Assembly: GCA_003427395.1 (NCBI GenBank)
Contig: BFEA01000004.1
Span: 6,033,099-6,090,582 of the forward strand
Length of the DNA: 57,484 nucleotides
Origin: Chara braunii
Taxonomy: Eukaryota > Plantae > Charophyceae
Direction: 5' to 3'
Part shown: in pieces, positions 1-13,267 of the stretch
How the letters are laid out: every line of letters starts with the position of its first letter
How positions within the stretch are numbered: position 1 is the first letter of the stretch
Notes under the pieces: model-generated
What the model saw: the letters and a program-made list of their open reading frames with translations, nothing else
Databases searched by the model: none
Told to the model about the DNA's origin: nothing
Made by a program: the position numbers and the translations under genes

Positions 1-269
1 CACACACACGCACACACCAGACACACACACACACACACACACACATCTCTCTCTCTCTCTCACACACAAAAAAAAAAAACAAAAAAAAACATGCTGCTGC
101 CGCTGCGAACGGTGTCATCCTTTTGCCCACGACCTTGTGGGCGCCCATCTTGTTGTGATTTGAATCCTATCTATTTTGTTGTGCGAATTAAACTGAATCT
201 CTCAGGGAGAAAATGATGATGACGATGATGCTTTGCTTTTTTTTTTGGTCCTTGTTTGGTCCCTCCCAG

Positions 270-2268
270 AAGTTGAATTTGGCGTGGATGAGGTGAAGGG
301 GTTAGACTTCAGTTGGACTGGAGGAGGCCAAGGCCAAGGCCAAGGCCAAATGGATGCCATCAGTCAGAAAGAGAATGAGGAGGACACGTGTCTCACATCA
401 ATGGGGAGAATCATTGGCCTCAGAGAAGAGACCAGCTCGAGCAGCGAAGTGATGGGTGTGGATCGCAAGGGGGAGGATTGTGGGGAGTATGGTCGAGATG
501 ATGGTGGCCAAAGCAAGAACCTACATGGTCTTGACTGTGTGGTCCCCACAGCTCACGGGAACAGAATTCAAGTTGGTCAGATCAGAATAGGATCAGTAGG
601 GATAGGAGGACGTAGAGCTGCCTTCACAGCAGCAGCTGCTCCAGCAGGAGGAGGAGGAGAAGGAGGAGGAGGAGGAGGAGGAGGAGGAGGAGATGGAGGA
701 GGAAGGAACATGGATGTGATAGGTTGTAGTAGGATAGTTGAAGTTGTGGGTGGAATGAAGGATGCTTGGAGTCGCCGTGGCGACGGTGGTGGTGGTGGTG
801 GTGATTGGGACAGTGATGATGAGCATGGGTGGCTGGAGAAATGTGCAGACACAGCAGTTGCAGTTTCGTATGCTACGTGGATGGATAGTGATGAGGAAGG
901 TAGGGAGGAGGGTGGTTGCACCTCCTCCTCTGCTGCTGCAGCACCAGCTTTCTCTGGAGACCCCTGGGATACGTCTAGTTTGTTAGAGGATTTGACTGTC
1001 GAAGCTCCCGTGCCTGGCTTCGATGCACACAACAGCCTCTTCACCTTTGACCAAGCCGTTGACCTGGCAGGTGATGAGAGCGATCCCGATGGAGACAGGG
1101 ACGGTCGGGACGACAGCAAGGAGGACGACGACATGATGATCTGGCAACCGGGTGGTGGTCAACCTCCACCACCATCTGATGGGCCTGTCGGCGGTGAGCT
1201 GCGGTCGGCATTGCAAAGGGTAACAACGATGGATCAAGCCCAGAGAGGCGGCCGCAGCTCGTCTTCGGCTCGTCGCTGGCGTGTGAGTTCCGGTCCACTT
1301 GGCCGCCCGTTGTCAGTTCCAGGTCTACGTGATCATCATGGTCCATCGCCTCAGCCAGCAGTCGGACATCTTGACTCTCCGATGGACTGCAACTGCAGTC
1401 CTCCTCCGCCTCCTGCTGCTGCTGCTGCTGGTCATCCTCGTCTGTATAATGACGTCAGGGTCCGAATGGCAGCGACTGCTGCAATGACTGATCGTCTCAG
1501 CAGAAGAGGGAGAGGGCCTGCTGACGACAGCATGTGCTGTCTCTTATACACATCTAGATGTGTATAAGAGACAGCATCTTGACTCTCCGATGGACTGCAA
1601 CTGCAGTCCTCCTCCGCCTCCTGCTGCTGCTGCTGCTGGTCATCCTCGTCTGTATAATGACGTCAGGGTCCGAATGGCAGCGACTGCTGCAATGACTGAT
1701 CGTCTCAGCAGAAGAGGGAGAGGGCCTGCTGACGACAGCATGTGTGTTCAAATTGATGACTATGCATCACTGGAAGGAGGGGGGGGGGATCATTATGGGG
1801 GTAATGATGATGACAAGGCTGCAAACGGTTCGTTCTTCTCGGTGTTGGAGGAAGTGCCGTGCTTGGTTGTGGGTGAAACTGCGGGTCGGGATCGGAATTG
1901 GGAGGACAACGGGGTGGGAGAGGAGAGGGTGCTGAGACGGCGGCAAGAAGATAGGAAGAGGAGAAGGGAGAAGAGGCAGAGGAGAGGGAGAATATGGGGT
2001 GGTGGGTATGGCTCGGACATGGAGAGCGATGATGGCGAGAGATACGTGGAGGTTGAAGAAGCAGCAGGAGGGAATCAGAGTGGAGGATCGTGCTCCCTTT
2101 CCCCATCACACAATGCTCACGAGGTGAAGGAGAAGACTGTCATCAGTTTGTACCTGAAAACTCCGGCGGATCTCGAGTCTAGACTGGCACAGGAGATGTA
2201 CGACTTGCCGGGGCTGCGCACACATTCCACGGGGCCCAGCAGATGTAGCTCTGGTGTGCTGGCAGGAG
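270..2268 (+). CDS. Large internal exon A of an LRR/RNI-like protein gene (Gly/Asp/Ser-rich disordered region); contains a 208-bp assembly artefact
   Basis: Polypyrimidine tract and CAG acceptor (AG 268-269); donor GAG|GTCAGC (GT 2269-2270). ORFs 233..1567 and 1560..2384 become one frame after removing the adapter plus duplicate (208 bp). The exon is phase 1-1. The 5' exon may lie outside the window, or translation may start at ATG 350. Confidence 0.7.
1537..1574. other. Nextera mate-pair junction adapter (Tn5 mosaic ends back to back), assembly artefact
   Basis: Exact CTGTCTCTTATACACATCT+AGATGTGTATAAGAGACAG. 1367-1536 is duplicated at 1575-1744. Confidence 0.98.
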
Positions 2269-3244
2269 GTCAGCTAGTTACTACATACTTTGCCCGCCAA
2301 TCTTTCTTTCTTTCTTTCCTTCTTTCTTTCTTTCCTTCTTTCTTTTTCTTCGAAGGGGCGACAGCATTGAGATATCATCTTTGATGTTCGGTGATTTTCC
2401 TTTCACAGAGGATTAATTCTATAAACTTAAAAAGAGATAGTTTTTTTTTTTTATATATCTTTTTTAGACGAAAGATTCAAGCAAATTAAAGAAGTTCAAA
2501 ATCCTCCTCCCGTTAGCGTAACTGCGTACTGCTCCCAGACGTTAATGTTTTGGCCTTCCCGTTGCTGGAATTCCTTTTGGTGAAAGGGCTTAGCATTAAG
2601 TAAACAGAAATGTTGTACTGAAAAAGAAAGGGAAAAAAAAAAGGTTAGCATTCCCCATGACCGCATCACCATTGCTTCTTCTTCTTCTTTTTCTTCTTCT
2701 TCGTTGTCTTCTTCCTCTTTTTTCGGAGAAGGTAACTTAACAATGGTTCAGTTTTGCACACCTCGTTCTCATTCTCATTCTCATCCGTCATCTGTCATTC
2801 TTCATTCTTCATTCTATATTCTCATTCCTCATTCTATATTCTTCATTCTTCAGTTCCATTCCTCATTCTTAGTTGTCAGTATGATGACGAGATAAATGCA
2901 ATGAGCCTCGAAATTTACAATTGTCAATGACAAAATCAGCAAATCCACGCTCACGCGGCTCACCTGTGAACCGGAACAACCCTGGCCAGATTTCACCTCA
3001 AGTTTATGCAGGGGAGAGTCCAAACAAAATGTAGTGAATCTGCAGAGAAATTTAGTCAGTTTTTCACGTCTTTTTTTTTTTTTTTGTGTGTGTGTGGTGT
3101 GGTGTGTGTGTGTGTGTGTNNNNNNNNNNNNNNNNNNNNNNNNNNNNNNNNNNNNNNNNNNNNNNNNNNNNNNNNNNNNNNNNNNNNNNNNNNNNNNNNN
3201 NNNNNNNNNNNNNNNNNNNNNNNNNNNNNNNNNNNNNNNNNNNN

Positions 3245-3310
<66 letters not shown>

Positions 3311-3367
3311 GATGATGATGATTCGGATGAAGCTGATGGTTATGATGAACTTCTGACTGTGATGCAG

Positions 3368-4050
3368 AAGAGAGTGTTGGCCATGATGCTCATGGGGAAG
3401 ACGAGATTGGTCATAATTGTGTTCTGGGGACAGAGAGATTACGTGAGAGCAGGGAAGACACCAGAGGCGAAGAAGAACTAGGCAATTGTCAAGGTGGCAT
3501 AGCCATAGAAAATGACGCGAGGGCCGCAGAAACCGCAGCTAAACATAGAAGGCAAGGTGCTGTTTGCGAGAACATGACGAGTGGGGAATTCATCGCCAGT
3601 GGAGGATGGGTGGTTTGGCCTGCAGCTTCTGAGGATCTGTTCAAGCTTACCAAAGCCAATGGACCTGCAGCTTCTGATGAATATCCTGGGTGTTTGAAAA
3701 AGTTGCGCTCTTCGAGTGAGAGGCCTTCTGGCATGTGGACGGATTGTGGGGATCATCCAGAAGGCCAAGAAGCCACTAGCAGCACTGGGGTAGGTGGTGG
3801 AGGGTGTTGCAGCGCCCAGAATGACGGACCAGGGACAGTTGTACAGGAGCAGGCAGGGCGACGGAAAGTCCAGAGTGTTCGGCTTGGACACGATTTCGAT
3901 GTGAGGGATGCGCACATCGTCAAGATTGTGGATGCTTGGGGCTCGAGTCTGAAAGTGTTCGAGTTGGGATCTCATGAGACTGGAGATGGCTGCTGGGTCA
4001 CTGAGATTGCCGTCAAGGCCATAGCAGCATCCTGCCCATTTCTCACCAAG
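3368..4050 (+). CDS. Exon B of the LRR/RNI-like gene (ends ...LKVFELGSHETGDGCWVTEIAVKAIAASCPFLTK)
   Basis: Branch-like CTGAC 3353-3357 and GCAG acceptor (AG 3366-3367). Phase 1 matches the end of exon A. The frame of ORF 3574..4056 is open from 3349. Donor AAG|GTTTGA at 4051, phase 0. Confidence 0.75.
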
Positions 4051-4529
4051 GTTTGAATCCTTGAGCAAAATACTTCACTGCTTTGCCTTTTTTTTGTTGA
4101 ATGGAACTTTTATATCATCAACCTCGCAAGCCTTGTACGTGAGAGTCACAGTGAAGGGGAAGGTAAAAGAAGAAAGAGAAAAATGAGCGGTTTTCAGTGT
4201 GCCCTCATCTGTCTTGTTTCTTAATCTTTACCGTTTGTTTGGCAAGTGCGCTCTTTTAGTTCATAGTTATGTGATATGTGACAATATATGTATGTGATTG
4301 GATACACTGACTTGTGTTTATTTTTGGCCGTGTAGTGCGGGTTGGTGAGTATGGTTTTCTTGCCTGCCCACTTTTTCATATGTTCAAGTGTGCCCTTTAC
4401 GACAGATGGGTCTGTATGCACTTGGCGCTTAACCAGACAGACACTGCAGCGGGCCTCTATCTGCCCTGGCCTACAGCCAGGGCCTATCAGGCTATTTTGC
4501 CTGTTCGGCCTGTGGGACCAGGCCGTGTG

Positions 4530-5150
4530 CTCACTCAGTCCAGTCCAGTCCTGCCCGGTACCACTGTCGGTACCAGTCCAGTCCAGTCAGTCCGCTGGGG
4601 GTATACCCCAGCTGCAGTCTGTTTGTGGTCATTCTTCATTTGCACAGTTTGGAGTACGTGCATGTTGAGTCTGCGTTGGAGCTGCACTGTCCCTTCCAGT
4701 TCCATCTTCATCTCCCCCATCCTCGTCCCTGCATCTTGATCCTAACGGACCGCCATCCTGGCGGGTCCCTCACACTGGTATTAGAGCGGGAACCATCCCG
4801 CCCCCCCNNNNNNNNNNNNNNNNNNNNNNNNNNNNNNNNNNNNNNNNNNNNNNNNNNNNNNNNNNNNNNNNNNNNNNNNNNNNNNNNNNNNNNNNNNNNN
4901 NNNNNNNNNNNNNNNNNNNNNNNNNNNNNNNNNNNNNNNNNNNNNNNNNNNNNNNNNNNNNNGTCCAGTCCAGTCAGTCCAGTCCAGTCCAGTCCAGTGG
5001 CGTTGACGAAGTGCCACGGCGGCTATTTACTGCTGCCGTTGACGAAGTGCCACGGCGGCTATTTACTGCTGGACTGGACTGGACTGGTACCGACAGTGGT
5101 ACCTGTGTGGCGCACTGGCGTTGACGAAGTGCCACGGCGGCTATTTACCC
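4530..5150. repeat. CCAGT-rich inverted repeat arms plus three copies of a 30-bp motif (probable DNA-transposon remnant; spans an N gap)
   Basis: GGTACCACTGTCGGTACCAGTCCAGTCCAG (~4557-4590) is inverted at ~5070-5104. CGTTGACGAAGTGCCACGGCGGCTATTTAC occurs at 5001, 5037 and 5119. Confidence 0.55.
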
Positions 5151-5249
5151 CCCTCCACCCCCCTCCCCACCCTCAGCGGGCATGTCGTGGCTGCTGCTGC
5201 CCGCTCACGGGGCCATCTGCAGTGCCACATGGGAGGGTGCTGAAGACTC

Positions 5250-5452
5250 TGAAGACCCCCCTGGCTAGGGGGCTGCACTACAGTGAGACCTGGGTGACTG
5301 ATCAAGATCTCAGTACACCCAGATAATGATGATGATGATGAATACTTTTTCTACTGCTGCAGCGGCAGTCTGGCAGAAGTGAAGACCCCGCTGGCTAGGG
5401 GGCTGCACGTTAGTGCAATCAGGGTGCTGATCAAGATCTCAACCAACCCTTG
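5250..5452 (+). repeat. Two diverged ~72-bp copies of a multi-hairpin unit
   Basis: GAAGACCCC.CTGGCTAGGGGGCTGCAC...GGGTG.CTGATCAAGATCTCA...ACCC at ~5251 and ~5381. Confidence 0.7.
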
Positions 5453-6896
5453 ATTATTTTATTATTATTATTTTCTGCTGCAGCAGCAGGCTGCCAGCAC
5501 CTTGAAGGCCAAGATCTTGTGGATCTTGTGGATCTTGGTGATTTTGTTGCTCTTGGCTAACCAAGAGCGTGGTATCATCTCTCTTCACCAACCTACTCTC
5601 CCACCCCTGCTCTCTCTCTCCCCTACACCAGCTCATCACCTTTTCTGACTCTACCAATACTCCCCCCTCCTACCTCCCCCTTCACTTATCTTCCACCATC
5701 TTTTTCTCCCCTCCCCTCCCCACTCATCATCTTCTTATAATCTCTTCTACTCCTCTCAACCTTTCACATCTCTTTATCACCCATTCTCTCCCCCTCCTCT
5801 CCCCCTTCCCTCCCCCAACTACAACCTCGTCATCCCCCCCATCTCCCACTTCACTCTTTTTCTCTTTCTCACCTATTTCTCTCTTTCTTCATCACTTTTT
5901 TTCATCCCCCTCCCCCCCCAAACTTCGAATTCTTCTGTTCTTCTTCTTTTTGTCGTCCTCTTCTCCAATAGTTCAAATTATCTTCTCCCCTACTTCTTTT
6001 CTCATTTATTGATTTATTTTAAATTTTATTTTAGTTATTTTGAAATTTTGATTTTTTTTTTGTGGCACCTCTATATCTGTTTAGGACGTAGCTATTTCAG
6101 CTATCGATGCACATTTTGACCCCTTAGGGGTAACAGTGTTGCCTGAAATTTTCTCTTTTTTGAGTTTCTCCCTACTTTCTTCCATTTTACTTAGTCATAT
6201 CTTTTTGACGGTAGACTTCGACCCCATGGGGTTAACGACATGCTGCCGAAGTTTTTGAAAAATCCAACACTTAGTTTCTCTTCACTCTCCTCCACCTCCT
6301 CATTTATTTATGTATTTATTTTTGAAAACTTTAATTTGCGGTATTTTGAAAGTTAGTGTGCTCCTCTTGTTCTTTTCTTCCTCTTGGTGCAATTTTGACC
6401 CCATGTGGGATGGGGAAATGCTGTCAAAAATTCCCAAAAAATAAATATTATCTTTCTCCCCACTCTTTATATTTTATTTATTTATCTATTTTTATATTAT
6501 TTCTTTTATTTTATTTTTATCTCGAAATTTCACTATTTACTTATTATACTTTTTTCCCTCCCCTCCATGGTTGTTGTTTTCTTTTCTTGATTAGGTCGCC
6601 GTTACTCCACCCGAACCCCCCAAACTTCGGTTAGGGTTTTCTTCGGGTTTTTCTAGGGCTTAAGGGCCTCCTTACCTCCCTCCTCTCCCATCTCCTCCTG
6701 TCAGGCACCCTGGCCCCGAACGGATCCTCTCCCCTCGACCGGCTTCGCACCACCCTCTCATGTGCGACCCGCTGGTCACGGAGCGTGCCTACTCACCTAC
6801 CCACTCCGCTCCCGCAGTCCCCTCCCTCTCACTAGTGGACGTTTTTCTCCATACACCAGCACATCTCTTTTCCCACCGCTTTGTCCACCGCCCACC

Positions 6897-7760
6897 ATGT
6901 CGACCCCCATAGGTCCACCACCCACGAACGAGACTACACTCGAGGAGATCGTCACGGCGCCCTCCACCTCTTAGACGCCCACCCACCTGATGCAAGGCCA
7001 GACCCCCATGGACCCCATGAACCTTCGTGCTGTTTTTGCGTCCCTCCTTGCACCTTTGCAAGCGCGACTCGATGCACTTGCATTCCTGGAGGCGCAAGTC
7101 AATGCGCCCTTGAAGTCCATCGCATCAAGGGTTCTCTTCATCACTCTCCCCACCGCTCTCACACTCCATCCCCTAGCGGCTCAAAGTCCGACTCCCCACG
7201 ACTCCAGACACGGAGACGTGATGGTTCGTCCTCCCTTGCGGGTCAGGCCCAACACTTTTCCTCCGCAGTGGTGAGTGTCGTTGCCGCTCGGACCATACCA
7301 TCTGTTGCGGCACACTCGTCGGCCCCTGTCGCCCCAACTGCTTCGGCCACTACAGTAGGTGTTGCTGCCATGATACCGGTATCTGGCCGCGCAGTTTCAT
7401 CCACTCATCCCGGTGTTGCTTACCAGCTTCTCGCTTCGGTTGCAGGACTACGGCTTAGAGCCCTCCCTCCTCCCCTCATCTCCTCACTTCCACCTTAGGG
7501 TTCCCTACAACTCGTTACCCTCTCTGCCTCCTCCACCTCTGACCGTGCGCACCCAGCGAGTGGCTACCTTACAGGCCACCGTGGCGTAGCTCCAGGCAGA
7601 GATACTAATCCCGGGGATGGTGTTTGATGATTGGTTACACAACACATACACTTGAACACTCATCATTTGCTTGCTCACCAACCATTCGCTCACTCTTGAG
7701 CTCATCCACTCCATGGCGTAATTCCCATATGCTGCACCACGACAACTTACTTAGGAGCTT
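6897..7760 (+). pseudogene. Decayed retroelement gag/ORF1-like reading frame
   Basis: CCACCATG start. ORFs 6762..6974 and 6990..7274 share a frame separated by one stop. Heptad-like LLAPLQARLDALAFLEAQV and Pro/Thr-rich sequence. The family assignment is inference. Confidence 0.3.
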
Positions 7761-7839
7761 CAAAGTGTCTGTCTATCCGTTTGTCTCTCCTTCCATCCAT
7801 CCATCCACACACCAATTTGTTTGTTCGTCCACCTACCTG

Positions 7840-7914
<75 letters not shown>

Positions 7915-8509
7915 TGCATGTGTAGTTTGAGATGAATGTCCGGAATGCCAATGCTGTTATATTTGTTTGTTTTTGGTAAATGAGTTTTTGGTTTTGTGGG
8001 CCGATGCGGAAGGCTCTCCAAGTTTTTTCGGACCTTTGAGGGGGTAGGGTCTGTGCCTTCCTGCTGGAGTAGTCCTCCGTCTTAGGTAAGCTGCCTTCTG
8101 CCCTCCATCCCCTTAGATGTATATGTGCAAGTGTGTCGCTTTGGCGGCAGATTGGTGTGTGGGCAGTTGGCGCTGAACGACACAAACGTGGCCAACCTTG
8201 CATTTTCTATTATATTGTTATGATCCTGGCCAATTTTGAAGTATGCATGCATAAGAAAGTACAATGCCGTCCAATTGCGAAAAGAAATGAATGAACTTGA
8301 GAGGAGAGAGAGGGTAAGAAGAAGAAGAAGAAAGAAAGAAGAAGAAGATGATGCACACCAGCACAGACCAATGATAATGCTCTCTTCTTCGCCAACCACT
8401 CTCCTCCTCCTTATCTTTTCCTCTCTTATTCACACAATAAATAACAATAATAATGTTGAATGGCTGAACCAGAATCAATGTCCGAATTCCTCTTCTACCG
8501 CAGGTATCA

Positions 8510-8990
8510 CATGAGGTCCACCATAGCCATGGCCACCCTTACTCCTCCTTCGTCCAAGGCCGAGGCTATGGCGGACTACTAGGGCCTCGTCCTGATGTCC
8601 AAAGGACAACCCAAAGCAGCTATGGGTGCTCTAGCTCAGGCTTCCATGCCTGACTCTGCCTCGAAGAGTCTTGGTGTAGCCCTACCCCAACGGGGGTCTT
8701 CTTGCTGCAGCGTCCACCAAGGTGAAGAAGATGGCAACCATCGTAGCCAGGTAAGTACCTTTGGCACTCCTCCCTCGTAGTCCTGCTCTTCTTTCTCCTC
8801 CTGTCCTTGCTCCTCCCCAGCAGCACTGCTCCTTGCTAGCGCTGCTCCAGACGGTGCTCCAAGCAGTGTGTCGCCAAACTTGCACACCGAGAACGAGTCT
8901 GAGCTCTTGGCTCAGGCCAAAGATATAGTGACCTACTTGCCTCTTGGGCAGTGACTTCCAGACCGCTTGGCCTCACAAGCAACCGGTACC
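8510..8990 (+). pseudogene. Decayed Ser/Ala-rich reading frame, probably retroelement-derived
   Basis: The frame of ORF 8595..8780 continues through isolated stops on both sides. Confidence 0.2.
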
Positions 8991-9826
8991 TCCTCCCTTT
9001 CGGAGGGAAACATCATTGCAGACTTTGATATTGTTTGTACAGGCTCTAGACTCAGACTGTTGGACTGGTACCTGCCTAGACCTAGCCTACAACTACTAGG
9101 CCTCTAAAAATGCCAACTTTTGTCTTCTTCTTCTCGGCCTCGAGTACCCGACACATCTACCTCTACCTGGTGTGGTACCGGCCGACCCGCTACTTGAGTG
9201 TTTTCCACTGCTTCAAGTGTCACAGGCCTTTTCCCCAGTGTCTTCCCCCGTTGCAATCCTCTATGTCACAGCCACAGGTAGTACCGGCCCTTCGGGCCCA
9301 CTGAACGAACAAATGCCCTTGCGGGTCACATACGCACTCAAGCCGACAAGCACTTAGACAGACATGCAGACCAGCAAGCGTGCACACATACAGAGAACTC
9401 AGTAACGAGTGTGAAACTCGGCAAGGCATTCAGTCCATGAGCAAAACTCAGAAATCAGCTGTCTTTTTTTTTTTTTTTTTTTTTTTTTCTTAGTCCGTGT
9501 TTGGTCAGGTCATTACAATATTGCCTATCTAAACTTTTTCGTTATGGATGGCGTGTGATGATTTGTGAAGGGAATAAGAGAGAGAATCTGGGGTCTTTCA
9601 AAACAACACACACACACAGATGTACTCACTTGCCATTTGCTCATCCATTCATCCAGTCTTTCAGCCACTCTCTCACTCTGGTATTCACACACTAAGGGAC
9701 TGCATTGAGGCAATTGTCTGTGTTTAAATTTTAAATTGCTTGGAATTTGGGCACATAGGGGGTGACCTGGGTGTTGTGGTAGTAGTGGCACTGGGCTGAC
9801 ACGGGGATCACAGACTTGGGTAAGTG

Positions 9827-10859
9827 TGTGACCGACTATCTTCTGTAACCGCGCAACTTCCTGCGCGGGGCTGCTGTGGGGAGACGGGAGGATTTTGATG
9901 GGTGACGGGGCGCAAGCGGGATTGGTGGGGCAAGTTGCCTGGGTGCCCTCGCTTCTTTTTCGTTTTCGGTTGGAGATTGCCGGGCCGGTGCCGGGAAAGT
10001 CTCGCGTCGACGATTAAAATGACCGTGCCCTGGCAAGCGCGAGAAAAAACGGTCGCCATAGCTTCTTTCTAGTTCTGCTATGCGCCCTAGGAATTTTGGC
10101 GCGATTAGCGCGCAGGAATTTTTCGTTTTTGAATTTTGAACCTCTGTCGAGCCCCCGTAGGCTCTCGGAATTGTTTTTCTTTCCTTTCCTTCTTTTTCCC
10201 TTCGGGATTTTCTCTTGCAATTAGGATTTAGACTAGGAATTTAGGCACTTTGCAATTTGGCGGCACAACGCTTCTTGCTCGCACGCGCCGTGACCCGACA
10301 GGGTCTGGGCTCTGAATCCATCCGCGCCTTAATCCAGTGTGTAACTGTAATTTTTGGCAGGCGCAATCGCAATTGTAATCTTCTTGTTCTTGATGACTTT
10401 TTGTATTTCCTTCTTTCCCGCCTTGTCGTCTCATGCACCCTCTTCCTCTGTTTCTGAGTGGTTCCCACGGTTGCATGCCCGGATCGATGCGCGGAGAGTG
10501 GCTTCGTCCCCCACGCCGCGGCCTGGGCATGCAAACGTAGGCACTCCCTCCCTTCTTTTTCTCATCACTTGGGGCTAATCCCGTATCCCTCGCGCAAGCA
10601 TACATGCTATAAATTCTGCAAGCGCGATTAGTTGTCTCTCTAACCTACTTGGGAGTTAGCGCGGTCGAGAGGATCGGCTAACTAGCAGAAAGACAGTGAG
10701 TAGAGAGTCGGGCGATCCGACGAACTGGTGCTGAGTGCGCGGGGTTGACGCGTGGCCGCGACGAACTGTGGCACGTGGGCGAACCTGGCTTGCATACTCA
10801 CGCCAAGCGGGGTGACGACTCGGGTGGATGTTGGGGGTGCGGGGCGACGGACTGCCCGC

Positions 10860-10933
<74 letters not shown>

Positions 10934-12162
10934 GAGGATATGGTGGAATAGTGTCTATTCTCCCTACTGTTTGTATAAATTTTGATTTCAACGTTGGTCA
11001 ATTTTTATTGCGGCATTTCTGGAATTTCTTGAGTAAATCTCGGACTTTTGCTGTATGTATGCATGCAGGAATGACGATGAATGAGCTTGTATCGTTCCTT
11101 TTGAGATGTCTTTTTGATCAGTGATTACGGAAACTTCTGGGTGTGTATGCTTGTGAATGATCAATAGTCCTTTTCACCTATGGGAACGAGATTGATTGCC
11201 TAAGGGAACTAGCTGCATGGTTGATCTGGTACGCTGACAGATCGCTCCTTGTTTATTCGTGCAGTTAAGGACCTGATCAACTGGCTGGTGCGCACACACG
11301 TGTAAGACAGCAGCCGTCCGCAGACTTGCCATCTACACGCGCGTCTGCAAAAGTCAGCTACATATCGCCCCGTAGAAAGATGTGTGTGCACGACCTCGGC
11401 TGAAGGAGACATGGCGATAGAATCCCCCTTCTGGATCACCGATCGCGAAAGCCCGAGGGACCCAGAATACCGAACGTATTGGGAGAGGGAACAAATCCGT
11501 CGGCGGCGGATCCGACAACATCGCCCCTTACGGAACCCTGGGCACTTCGAGTACCCCTGCCGGACTGAAAACGAGCGACTGTGCAGGGGCGACTTCCAGC
11601 TGGCAATCAACCGAGACCCGCGGATTCCCGATTATCCCGACAGCCGAAACCAGCAATATCTTTTAACCCCAGGCTTCGTTGCCATTACCACCGACTTCCC
11701 TCCCTGCTATACCGTCCTTCCCTACCACCAGTTACTTGTGGTCCCCTGGGATTCCATAGCCCGGTTCTGGCCCCGTCCGCCATGCTCAGAGTGTCGGCAG
11801 CCCGTCGAGTATCGGCAGGCGAGGGCCACGCAACGAACCCAGCCCAGGACAGAGCGACGGGAACCCAGCTCGTCTTCGTCGGACTCCGAGATTTGCGGCG
11901 GCCGGCAGCGGTACGAGCACTCCCGCAGAGACACCCGTAGCACCCCACCCCGGCCCAGGCCGCACGATCGACAATCGCCCCAACTCTGAGCCAGAAGACA
12001 CTTGCACTTCTACCCCTGGAACTCGACACGGGAGATTCCAGTTCCGACCTGGAACTCCACCCCCACTTTCCTAAAATCCTTGGCACACCCCTTTTTCGCA
12101 CTTCCGGGCCCCCATCCCACTCCGATCAGGAAGTTGTGCTGGGCGTGAGGTTGGGCATCACA
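9827..12162. mobile_element. Solo LTR (~2.3 kb, probably Ty3/gypsy) within the 10.6-kb intron
   Basis: Termini TGTGA...TCACA with a 4-bp direct repeat AGTG at 9823-9826 and 12163-12166. No gag/pol inside. Confidence 0.7.
11411..11989 (+). CDS. Intact Arg/Pro-rich hypothetical ORF inside the solo LTR
   Basis: ATG-initiated 192-aa uninterrupted ORF (MAIESPFWITDRE...CSEC...) with protein-like composition. Confidence 0.4.
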   Translation: MAIESPFWITDRESPRDPEYRTYWEREQIRRRRIRQHRPLRNPGHFEYPCRTENERLCRGDFQLAINRDPRIPDYPDSRNQQYLLTPGFVAITTDFPPCYTVLPYHQLLVVPWDSIARFWPRPPCSECRQPVEYRQARATQRTQPRTERREPSSSSSDSEICGGRQRYEHSRRDTRSTPPRPRPHDRQSPQL

Positions 12163-12356
12163 AGTGTGGGTTTATGCTGTCCAGACTGTTTGAGATCCCA
12201 CTTCCCAATGAGTTGGTCTGGCAAAACAGTAAGACCGAGGTGACCTTTTTTTTTTTTTTTTTTTAATAAGAAGGGCGACGGCCTTGAGATATCATCATTA
12301 AGCTGAATGGCCCCAGCCAATTCAGTGAAATAGTCGGTTTTATAACTTTACTTATC

Positions 12357-12423
12357 TGGATTCGAACACGGGTCTGTGTTTGCAACAGTTCATGGGTGTA
12401 CCCACTGAGGTAGGCTCTTGGGT
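12357..12423 (-). mobile_element. tRNA-derived SINE-like head
   Basis: The minus strand has an A-box-like TACCTCAGTGG and a B-box GTTCGAATCC. Homologous to 42870-42935. Confidence 0.55.
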
Positions 12424-13267
12424 GAGTCCGAGGCGACCTGTTTTTGTTTGATTGGCTTTTTTTTCGTCTCCGAAAATGTGAGCATGCACAACAAACTCAG
12501 CCACACGTGATGAGGAACCGTGGGATTTGATAAATACTAAGAACGTTTGGACCTTCTTTTCCGTTTGATGTTGTTATAAGCATCCGTAACACAGGGAGAG
12601 GCCATTGATTTGCGTGGTGGAGATCGTAAGTTCAACTCTCATTGCCTGCAGAGAGAGGGACCTGTGCACCTGTGCCGCATGCACTCGGACCTATGACAAC
12701 CTGTGCTGCATGCACGCGGACCTATGGCATCCACATGTGGCTTTCCCCTGAGACGACTGGTCCGGGTTTCGTCTGGCTATTTAAATACCCCTGGCTGCTG
12801 CCGGTGAGCGGGGGAAAAAAAGAAGAACGGGAAAAAAAAAGAAGAAAAAAAAGCACACTGTTGCTGACAGGTAGGTTTGTAAAAAAAGGTAAAAGAAAAC
12901 ATCCGTAACACAAACGTGTGATATAGTGGGAACCACAAAGCGCCCGAGGTATGGGGAGACGGTTTTTTTTTTTTTTTTTTTTTTATGGGGAGCAGTTTTC
13001 CATTGCACGGATCACGGAGGAGTTTATCAAGTGTGCAAGAACATAAAACTGAAACGGTTTCACCCAGTTGACCTGACATTGCAGACACAGACTCCCCAGA
13101 CCTGTGCCCTAACCCTGTACATTGAACCTGTATGCTGAGTGAGATTCCATCCCTAGACCTACCCTGTACCCTGTACAATGACCCTGTGTGCTGAGTGAGA
13201 TTCTATCCCTAGACCTATCCTGTACCCTGTACACAGGCCCAGTGATCTGTGTAGGAGTTGATCCCTA

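Noticed and set aside
1537-1574. Tn5/IS50 mosaic ends as a real bacterial transposon or horizontal transfer
   Set aside because: Synthetic back-to-back 19-bp ends with an exact local duplication are the Nextera mate-pair junction. The same applies at 36346.
3478-4068. 196-aa minus-strand ORF
   Set aside because: Antisense shadow of exon B.
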